Shown one piece after another: positions 40,863 to 51,164 of a stretch of 64,000 bases of DNA (its first letter is position 1; each line of letters begins with the position of its first letter). The notes under the pieces are model-generated. The model was given only the letters and a program-made list of their open reading frames with translations. It was not told the DNA's origin and ran no database searches. A program made the translations under genes and the position numbers. This DNA is from Euprymna scolopes (lineage: Eukaryota): the NCBI GenBank assembly GCA_053919585.1, contig CM132823.1; one strand, written 5' to 3'.

Positions 40863-41561
40863 TCATGGTTTGGCGTCTGTTTTGCCAACTGGAATATTGC
40901 CGTGTCTTTCTATGGCGGAAGAAGATTTCTATTTTCGAATAACGTGTGCACGTGTGCCTATCTATTTATAGAATAAAAGTCATTACGTTCAAATGTGTAT
41001 ATATATTAAATTTACATATTTTTTTTAAAAGTCCTAACTTTTTTTTTTAACTCCTAACTTTATCTACTCTAATAGAGAAAATTATTCCTGGCATTTTGTT
41101 TTTTTTTATCGCTAGTTTATTTGTAGCATGGCTGACCAGTGTTTTGCCTGTTTCAATAGTCGCGAAGGGGGGGGTGACGAATAAGACAGGAAAGTAGAGA
41201 CAAATAAATACATATACATAAATAAAACAAGAAAAACAAGTTTAAACAAGGTAACATGAAAAACATTTGTTAGGATGAATTTTAAAATACTTAACGTCTA
41301 TTTGCCGTCATGGTTTGGCGTCTGTTTTGCCAACTGGAATATTGCCGTGTCTTTCTAGAGCAAAAGAAGATTCCTATTTCCGGATAACTTGTGCACGTGT
41401 GCCTATCTATTTATAGAATAAAAGTCGTTACGTTCAAATGTGTAAATATATTAAATTTACATTTTTTTTTAAAGTCCCAACTTTTTTTTTTAAGTCCTAA
41501 CTTTATTTACTCTAATAGAGAAAATTATTCCTGGCATTTTGTTTTTTTTTATCGCTAGTTT
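40863..41561. repeat. Direct repeat of about 255 bp (40863-41118 and 41308-41561)
   Basis: Near-identical blocks starting tcatggtttggcgtctgttttgcc and ending atcgctagttt. Confidence 0.9.
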
Positions 41562-41579
41562 ACTTTCAAAGCAGCACAT

Positions 41580-42750
41580 ATTGGAACCTTCTCCTGAAAC
41601 TGTATCGCCCCCGTCTGCGTTATGCGAGCATCACCTAGGGCTCTGATGGCATCATAGCCTAGGAGCAGGTAAAAGCTGGCGGTTTCTCGAGTACTACCAG
41701 CGCTTCAATATTAGCTGAATTTCCAGTTTTAGTGTGAATGTTCACAGTGCCCACCCCGCAACATGTCCGCGTCGCTCCACTAAGGGTGGTTAATCTAGTA
41801 GTCTTCTTCTTCCGAGTGCGGCAGAGGCCCGCACTCACTACGGTGCGAGAGCACCCAGAGTCGAAGAGTGCCCAATCTTTTTACATCGGTAGCAGCGAAT
41901 AGCTGTCAGTCGCCGCCAGCAGTTCCTCGCAATGTGGCCCTGACACATGACTTTACTGTGCAGGACGGGCCCCTGGGATAGTCTATCCTCATTTAATGCA
42001 CGCTGTGCAGCAGCGACTACCGGTTCTCCCATCTCATAAGTATTGTTCATCACGGTCCTGGCCCGGTCTACCAGATCGTTAAGGGACAATGAAGCTATGC
42101 TTGAGCTAGCCTGCAGGAGTTGCTTTGCTCCGGTTGAGAGCCCTGCCAAAAATTTGCATGCCAAGGCTGGCTCAGGCAGCCCACCAAACAACACCATCAA
42201 TTTCGTCAGCTTGGCCAAATAAACGTCGACAGTTTCACCAGGATGCATGGTTCTTGCCTCAAATTGCTCCCAAGCAGTGGCGGGGTCAATAGCGAACGCT
42301 TTGTATAATGCCGCCTTGATCCTTTTATAATCCTGTTTTTCCTCAGGACTAAGCTGTTGATATACTGCAAAAGCCCTGCCAAACAGATGTAGAGGAACAA
42401 CATGTTCAATGTTCTTCATGCTAGACAACAGGCAATGTAGTTCCACCTTCTCCACCCAATCAAGTACTGGGGTCAAGCCATCGAATTCCGGTATTAATTT
42501 AAGGCCGAATTTGTCCCCTATTATGTCGAAATAGCTTGATGTTAAATGGGCTGGTAAACAGCAAAACGAAATAAACCAAATACAATACGCAAAAGTCCAG
42601 CTAGAATTCGTCACTGAAACTTTCTCTCTCAACTTCCAGCACGTCTCTCCCCACTGCCTCTGCCAACAGACATTTTATCAGAAAACTGACCCCATTCTAT
42701 TTGCATACATGTGCAGTGGAAGATGAGATCTGGTGAGATTCTATGAAACT
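41580..42750 (-). mobile_element. Truncated Gypsy-like LTR element (LTR, PBS, gag with zinc knuckles, protease remnant)
   Basis: gag KFGLKLIPEFDG..DWVEKVEL..GETVDVYL, with CCHC-type GHIARNC and CYRCKKIGH. LTR inner end (CA) at 42537, followed by AGCTATTTCGAC. Outer LTR end uncertain. Confidence 0.85.
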
Positions 42751-43259
42751 ACACCTTATAAATCCATGGCTGCCATCTTTAAATTCTCTTTCTCTCAGAT
42801 CGTATCTGAAGGTAAGTTGTATGACCGCACGACATACACACGGGAGTGGCGCTTTCTTCTTTGATTATTTCATTCAACTCTATATGAAGTCAACAGGGAT
42901 TTCTTTAACCACCACCAGGAAGCAACTGTTGCAAGAACTAATTTATTATTATTGGGGGGGGGGAAATCTTCAACTGAAGGTTATCAGGTTATTGAGGTTC
43001 TATGACAACGTTAGACATTTAATAACAGCTGAACCATCCTACCCTAATTCAGAATCGGTAAAAGCATTTAAAATTTTAGAAAGAAATTGAAAAAAGCCTT
43101 ATCACACTTCATATTTTAAACATTATATCTTAATTTTAATCTTTGATGCCTTTCTAGAAAGAACTCTATAGTGGAGCAATATTTTGACTGCAAAATTTTA
43201 ACTCCCGCTGTCGAGAACCAATGAGAGTACCTATCTGCAAAAAGAGAATGACAACTTAC

Positions 43260-43353
43260 TACAGAATCATTTGTTGCGAATACTCGGCCTAACCCACAAG
43301 CATACAGTCGACATGATACACCCAACTCGAAACCATTATTGGTGGAAATATAC
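43260..43353 (-). CDS. Candidate upstream exon (YISTNNGFELGVSCRLYACGLGRVFATNDSV)
   Basis: ccatcag acceptor, GTAAGT donor, 94 nt, phase 2 to 0, compatible with 34456. No domain recognised. Confidence 0.3.
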
Positions 43354-44469
43354 CTGATGGGGGAGAGGTAACTGATTATCCAATCAGGACGAACCAAGGT
43401 GTGATGGACTGGACGACGATTCGTTAGCTGGGACAGGCAGGCGTGTCCCTACCTACCCCAACCTGGCATACATAAATTCTTGCAGAAAAAATAAATTTTT
43501 GGAGAGATTTTAAATGAGTTTGTGTAGATAGTCTAGAGTGAATCGACACGAAGATACTGTCACCCGGTCTCCTCCCCACTATTCGATAAGCACTCGTTCA
43601 TTAATTGATTGGAAGCAAAAATAGGTTATTAAAAAAAAACTGACTAAGGTCCTGTTGCAGTTAATAGAAAGAAAAAACTTTCAAACGAGCTTTTATTTTT
43701 TATTTTGATTCTTCTGTGAAAAAATGTACATACTTAATATTTTTATTGTTCTCTTTTGTGAATAATTAATTTCATATGATGCGTCGGTTATTATTATTGT
43801 TGATATTTACAAGTGACTTTAAAAAGAAGAAACAACAGAATTTAATGATCTTTCTTTTCAGCAGAGTAAAGAGGTTAGCATTGATCATCCACTAATGTAC
43901 CCCTTGTCATATCAACCCTATCTAGTGAAAGCGACTGGAGCTGCGTTGCAGAATTTTGGTGGGGGTCTTAATCACCTAGAACTACACATCGTGTAGCTTG
44001 TTGTTAACTATGGATTGAAAACATTAGATGTCCGCGAGAGGAACTCGATCTACAGGGATACTTGACTATCATATTTGTAACCAGCGGCGTTAACACCTAG
44101 GATTACACCTAGTGTAATGTAGGGCAGGTCATATGATTATATTCTTTTTTAAAAAAGTAATTGCAACAAACAGAGAAATTTTGTTCCAGCTATTGAACTT
44201 TATTCAAACTATTTTCTTAAAAGAATGTTCAAACTGTTAATTTTTTTCTTTTCTTCCTGTTCTATTCACAAATAACAAAAAAGATATTTGTTTAGGTGGT
44301 AATTTTTTGATAATTTCAAAGAACAGTTAGTCCATAATTTTTGTTTTTGTTGTTTCTATTTAATGAAAGCATTGGTTTGTTGTTTAAATTTGTATTGTGT
44401 CTAAACAGCAGCATTGAATTTCATATCACTGCTTCCATATGCGGACGATACAACATTGCCGTTCGCGCA

Positions 44470-45035
44470 GGTAGATGCATTCTCTGAAAAATACACTGTT
44501 TCTCCATAAAGCAGTAAATCATGTCGTAGAATGGCATGCCTGCACCTCTAGACAAAAAGTAGTGCGGAACTTAATTATAAACTCGTCTCCAGACATTACA
44601 TATGAGAAATTAAAAACAGAGATATTGAAGCGTAATACTGCGTCAGAGGAAAGCAGATTCCATATGCTCATGCAGAACGAGCACTTAAATGACAGACCCC
44701 TACAGAGTTTCTAAGACGGTTAAAGGAACTGTTGAACCTTTTTGCAGAGAAACACAACAATCATACAATTTTTTTTTGCGTTGGCCTCTTGAAGTCAAAG
44801 CTATACTGGCCCCAAACCTGGAGGAGAACACTGTTGAACAAATGGCTACTATGACAGTAAAATATTCGAGAATTCTTACTTAAACACAGCCAGCAACCCT
44901 GAACAATTCAGACTGTAACAGCTGTTCGGGGTTAAGCAGCAATTGAGTTCGGGTAATGATGAAATATTAACAAATATTGACTCGTTAACACACAAGTTTG
45001 ATGTTTCATGTTAGGAATCGAAGTCGTAATAATTC
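44470..45035 (+). mobile_element. Gypsy (CsRn1-like) gag remnant, interrupted by the 45036-49444 element
   Basis: YEKLKTEILKRNTASEESRF..L..EHLNDRP..FLRRL, ending RNRSRNNS. Confidence 0.65.
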
Positions 45036-48000
45036 TGTATCGAATTCAACTTCAATCGTCACCAATGCTCACAATAGTAACACAATAACCTCTCACATGT
45101 CCTGTTGTCTCAAATAACAAATATACCTCCGATTTTCACACAATAAATCAGTTTATCTCTATGTATCTCAATTCCAATCTTGGGATATCCGCTATTGCCT
45201 GGGATCCCTAAAAGTAATCTTAGTATACTTATGCGGTCTCCCACAAGTCCCTGGGAGGTTTGATCTCTCAAATGGGGAGCAAAACGCTCCCTTAGGTCAA
45301 TTAGGTTACACAGGTTCAGGTTCTGATTCAGACTCTGGTTCTGATTCAGATTCTGGTTCTGCTTTCGAGTCTGGTTCTGGTTTCGGGTCTGGTTCTGATT
45401 CTGTTTCTGCTGCGTCAGATGAACTATAATCATTACTCTCTGGTCTGTTGATTTCGTTCATCAGTAGCTCATCACTTTAGCATTCATTGCTCACCTCTAT
45501 AGTTGTATGATGTACCTCAGAAACTGGGCAAAGATCGCGCACATGATGCGGTGTTCCGTCAACTAGCACCGACTGCTGGCTGATCACCCCAGAGATTCGT
45601 CCTCACTTGAATTTGGTGGTGCACTGGTTTCCAGGTGGTGTCACCCAAACTCGATCCCCTACCTCATATTTGACATGTCTTTTCTGGTTGACTGTCTGTG
45701 CAGCATCAATTCCCTTTAGTCTAACACGATATATGTACATGGCATTGGCCGGCGCTGTTGTAGGTAATTTCCCATCCTTTGGTGTGACGTTATACCAATA
45801 CGTGGCCTCCATAATGGTACATTGCTTTCTGGCAGCAATTCTCTTAATGCTGCTGTGGCTCCTCTCAGCAATGCCATTCCTTGATGGCACATGAGTGCAT
45901 TGCAGCCGTAGTCAAACACCCTATTCATCTAACAGCTGCTGGACTTGTTGACTGCAAAAAACAGCATCGTTATCCGTCAAGATCTCTTCTGGCGCACCCC
46001 ACTCAAAAAAGATGGACGACAAGATGCGAACAACACTTGCTGAGTCCTGTCTAATCATGTATCGTCATACAGCAAAACGTGTGGGTCCACAATCGATAAG
46101 AGTTAGAAAGGGTTTACCACTGTAATGGGTAATGTCCATCGCCACCCACTGCCACACCTTCTTGACGTCAAATCATCCTTTTCGCTATTGCTCTGATGCA
46201 GAATCAATAGACTGACACGCCTCACACCTGCCTGACATCTACCTTTGTCACTGCTGAGTCCACACGCCTCGCAAAATACACTGTTCTCTTGACACCTGGA
46301 TGTCCACTCTGTGTATGAATTTTCTGTATTTGACATGGGCTAATCACGCCAATTGCAACTGCACAAGATCGAGCAGTGTGCTCCACACCCATCTTCATGG
46401 CTCCATACCATCTATGAAGTACACGGGTTAGTTGGTTGGCATTATTACAATGTGATGTTACCAGCGTTACCCCACTAATAGTCCATACTCAGAAATCAGA
46501 CTCTTCAGCATGTCTAGCCTTCACCGGATCAACATCTTGCTGGCTGCCTTAGTGCGGATTGTTGTCCACCTTGAAAGCGTGTCAGACACCCAGTGGTAGA
46601 TGCAGAGAATCCGTGTACAGGTGCAGTTTCTTCGATTGCCATTGCAGTGCGAGATTTATTCCCTTTACAACATTGTCCAGCTCTTCTAAGTTGATGTGTT
46701 GAGCATCAATCATGGGTCGCAGCCAACATGTGTCTTCAAACACATTCCCTGCTTGCTTTAATGCGACTCCTAATTCCAATGAACTAGTATCGACCCCCAA
46801 ATTTAAGTGGTCTGCATCAACTGTAGTACTTACCAACACAACAAACGCCCTCGTGTTTGTGCCTTGTATAGGCATGCGCGACAACAAAACTTGGGTTTTT
46901 ATAAGCGGAAGTCTCGAGGTTGTCAGGAATCTACAGGCGCATGAGCAAGAGAAGGGATTGAGATAGTGGTATAAAGGCAGGTCGAGTGAGAAGATTGTTG
47001 TTTTTGTTGTCATTGGACGTTACAGTGACGCATGCGTTAGCAGGTGATTAAGGAGGCGGTTTATTTTTGTGTGTCAAGTCGCGCACCTCGGTGAAGGTCA
47101 TATAAATCGTTCACCTCGGTGAAGGTGAAGGTCATATCAACACACCATTTTTACACGGGCAGTGTTTTCCTTGTTGACTCTCTCCAGGGTCTCAGTTACC
47201 ATCAGAGTTAGAAGAGCATCGTCAAGCACATCATCCCAACCTGTGGTTACCAAATTCGCTCTGCATTTGATGACACCCACAGCTACACGGAGCCAGCCAC
47301 AGGCTGGTCAGTGTCCAATAAGTTTCCTACATCAGGACAAAATTGTCCGCCTTGTAACAACCTCAGAGATGCCTGGAATCCCACTGCCATGCCTCCATTA
47401 TAGGGTGCTGTCTTCCTCACAGACGTCTAATGCCAATGCACACGCCCCATCCCTCAGACGTTCAGGTTCTTGCACTGCAGACCAAACTGAGCCAATTTTT
47501 CCCTGACACACGATGCAGATTTTATGTCCTCATTGATGTACACATCGTCAATATAGGCTGATGTTGCGTCCTCAATGGTCTTTTCTTGAGACAGCACCGC
47601 ATTCACAATGGTCTTCATGATCTGCGGTGCCACATTCAGACCAAAGCCGAGTCATGTTAGGCAGTACCTCTGATCCCGGACCACACTGACTGGAACGGCC
47701 ATAGCATCTCATCTACTGCAAATAGGCCTTCCGCAGGTCTAATATTGACACATTGGAGCCCTTTTGGCGCCATTCCCTCAGTTTGCTGGCGCACACGTAA
47801 GCCTCAATGTACTGGTTGAGCTCACGATAATTCAGCACTGCTCTTACTTTTGACTTGTTATGCTGGATAACCGCCATTAAGGGTATCAGACCCTTGGGCG
47901 GACCAAGCTTCTCAGGGTAGTGGATCAGCCATCCATCTCGGATCCACACCTTAAGCCTCATCAGGCATAAGGTATTCTATGACGCGATTCTTTAATTCAG

Positions 48001-49444
48001 TTGGTGCCTTTCCCTTGGTCCACTTCCATGATGCAGTCCAGGCCTGCTGGTTATAGTCATAGTCCACCTTAGATCAGGGCGAACGATGTGGATTACAGCA
48101 CACACCGGGTTTTTCAAAAAGCTCATGCTCACATCTCTTTCGATTGTCACTCCCCCCTCCAGTGCCTTGATAGCATCGTAGCCCAGCAGTACGTCGAACC
48201 CCGACAAATCTCCTCGCGTCACCAACACATTAATTTCTATGGCCACACCAGAGTCCGTGTGGACCTTCGCGGTTCCGGCTCCACAGCATGCTTGTGTCTC
48301 GCCACCTATTGTGGTGACTTTAATGTTCTTTTTAGTCCAGGTCCAACACAATCTGGCACTCATGATGGTATGTGAGCAGCCGGAGTCGAGAAGAGATGAG
48401 CAGGGCACTCGGTTCACGTACACAGTTATCGTAGGTTGCGCGTCACTTCGATCTTGTCTGGGGAGCAGGGCGGCGCTGACATCCTGCCCCCTGATGCGTT
48501 TTCCACACAGTTTTGGGCTAGGTGCCCTATGCCACCACATTGGAAACAGCGTAGTCGCCCCCACCCTTTATCAGTGCAGCTTCTTGCAAAATGACCTCAC
48601 CAACCACAACGGTAACATCTTCCATTAGTCACGGGGCTCAGACTGGGAATTGCTTTTGTCGCCATCACAACTGGTTCCCCCAGGTCCTCCTCATCCCTTA
48701 TGATAGCCCGGGCGCATTCCATCAAGTGCTCCATAGGCGTTGCGGACACACTAGTAGAGGCTCTCAACAATTGCTTAACACGGGTGGGAAGGCTGGCTAC
48801 AAATGCATATGCCAATGTCCTCTCCGACACTCCATTATCAAACAGCACAGCAAGTTTCTTCAATTCCGCAAATACCACATCCACGGTTTCTCCTGGCATA
48901 AGCTTCCTGGGGGCGAATCTTTCATAAGCCGTGCAAGGATCCATTGCAAATGCCTTGTACAGTGCATTTTTATAGTGGTCACATTAGCCTTCTCGATGGC
49001 ACTAAGTTGCGGATACACACTCAAAGCGCCCCCAGTCAATCTCAGGGGAATCACAGTGTGCACTCTCTTTACCTCACAGAGATTACAGGTCAACTCGACC
49101 CTCTCAACTCAGTCAACGACAGATGTGGACCCATCAAATTCTGGAATCAGTTTCAGATCAAATTTTGAGTCGGTCATTTTTCACAGCAATAGCCGAAATA
49201 GCTTGTATCGAATTCAACTTCAATCATCACCAACGCTCGCAATAGTAACACCATAACCTCTTGACTGTAAACGACACTGTTCCTTCCTCTCACTCAAGCT
49301 TGCTTTTATGCAGTTTTTCACCCTGTCTCATTTGCATGTGTGCCCTCTGTTTTCTCCTGATCTCCTGAACCACATAGTCGAAACGACAACACTCAACTCG
49401 ACGTCTCGCAAAGAGACACAATGAATAATGACAAACTTATTACA
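45036..49444 (-). mobile_element. Compact Gypsy-like LTR retrotransposon (gag-PR-RT-RNase H-IN), defective
   Basis: gag MTDSKFDLKLIPEFDG; PR LLDSGCSHT; RT RAVLNYRELN, LDLRKAYLQ, LGFGLNVAP, YIDD; RNase H VDTSS, QHINLEELD, LYTDS; IN GHPGV, MDITH, TDND, NGIAERSH. Terminal repeats share 57 bp (45036-, 49204-). ATTC flanks both ends (45032-5, 49445-8). Confidence 0.9.
46822..47136. mobile_element. Solo LTR inserted at the RT/RNase H junction
   Basis: 315-bp insert starting TG and ending CATA, flanked by a TCAAC duplication (46817-21, 47137-41). Removing it restores WCVD-ADHLNLGVDTSS. Confidence 0.75.
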
Positions 49445-49579
49445 ATTCTAAGTAGAAAAATATTGGGAAAAGAATGCCAAAAATAATCATCCGATTCATA
49501 TGTAATGATGAATGATGCTCAACATGTATTTCCTAACTTTAATGTCCACCTCAGTAATTGGTGTGGTTTCTCTACTTAC

Positions 49580-49679
49580 ACAGACACAGCTGGTGGCATA
49601 ACACATAGCTTCTCTATATACCATTCCCTTTCACAGACAGTTAAGTTTCCGCCCTGATGGAGTAGTATATTTTCTCTTC
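49580..49679 (-). CDS. Candidate upstream exon (coding or 5' UTR/start)
   Basis: ccacag acceptor, GTAAGT donor, 100 nt. Open as phase 1 to 2 (RENILLHQGG...CVMPPAVSV, fits 43353), or as ATG-initiated MVYREAMCYATSCVC ending in phase 0 (fits 34456). Confidence 0.3.
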
Positions 49680-50103
49680 CTGTGGAACAGTGTGCAAAAG
49701 ACACTACTGAATGGTAGAATGCAGCAATTGAAGCACATGTTCCCACACGGAAATACGTTACCAAACCACACTCTCCACAGTTGTGCAACTGCTATCGCGC
49801 AACAGCAGTATGGATTTCGCAGAGTTATCGGAATAAGTTGAATACAAATAGGCAAAAATTTGTAGAAGTTAGAAATAATTGTAAGACAGAAATAACCGCA
49901 GCCAAGAGAAGGCATTCCGAAGTCATGAAAAAACGCATCGAATTATAGAAATTATGGAAAATTTATAGCAGTATAGTAACAGCTTTAACGAAGAAAAAGC
50001 TTGGGAGGGGATATTGGGGTGGTGCCCCTACAGATTCTGACAATGGACTGTTCATGACGTCACTTCCGGTTCATAGGTTCTGCTTTTCTGCACTGAACCC
50101 GAA

Positions 50104-50189
<86 letters not shown>

Positions 50190-50365
50190 GTAACTTTAGT
50201 TTGTCTTTCAGTTGAGCGGAGTTCCTAATCAACTATTTCTGTATTTTCTGTTTAATATAATATTCATTTCATTGTTTCTGAATCTTTTCGTTATTCTTTC
50301 CAACATTTACTTCATAATAACTGGTGACGAGGTTTCGAAAACTCATGAGAAATAACTGAATATTA

Positions 50366-50631
50366 AAATACCCGAGTGTTCTCATAAGAATTGAGGTAGC
50401 CGGAAATACCCGAGTGTTCTCATAAGAATTGAGGTAGCCGGAAATACCCGAGTGTTCTCATAAGAATTGAGGTAGCCGGAAATACCCGAGTGTTCTCATA
50501 AGAATTGAGGTAGCCGGAAATACCCGAGTGTTCTCATAAGAATTGAGGTAGCCGGAAATACCCGAGTGTTCTCATAAGAATTGAGGTAGCCGGAAATACC
50601 CGAGTGTTCTCATAAGAATTGAGGTAGCCGG
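50366..50631. repeat. Seven perfect tandem copies of a 38-bp unit (aaatacccgagtgttctcataagaattgaggtagccgg)
   Basis: Identical head-to-tail units with no spacers. Confidence 0.97.
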
Positions 50632-51133
50632 AATTCAAATCGAAAATTCGAAACGAAATTACGTGAGGAATTCACAAATAGACAAATCGGCGTTAACTAG
50701 AAAAGCCCCCCCCCCCAAAAAAAAACCATTCTGCCCACATGTTGCGTGACTGTAATTTGTTTTAAAGCAGACTTTTGCTGGTATGTTATGCAAATGAGTT
50801 CTTTTTTTATTGTCAAAAAACCTCTAGGAATTTGAAACAGGACAATTTTTGTTCCAGAGTTTTTTTTCAACTCGGGTTTTTGAAATGTATGCGAATTTTT
50901 TCTTGACTGTTCATTGAAAATGAAAGTTTTTGTTTTTGTTAAACAGTAAAAAGAAATGAAATTCTTTTGCTTATAGATTAGCACATTACTATTCATTTAT
51001 ACAAATATTCTCTTTTTTCTATTTCTTCGTCTAGAATTTTGTCTCACAGTAGAACATTTTGAAGAAGGAAAATCCCCTCCCTATTTTATTTTACTTTCAA
51101 AGTTTTATACCTGGACACCCCAAGTGATAAGAA

Positions 51134-51164
<31 letters not shown>

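Noticed and set aside
49192-49203. tRNA-Phe gene or pseudogene on the plus strand
   Set aside because: The match ends after 12 nt; no D, anticodon or T arms follow.
49204-49444. Tf1-style self-priming as the explanation for the odd PBS
   Set aside because: I found no sense-strand GCCGAAATAGCT-like sequence in this LTR or in the other two elements' LTRs, and the motif is conserved while the LTRs are not.
50366-50631. CRISPR-like 38-bp repeats
   Set aside because: No spacers; a plain tandem repeat.
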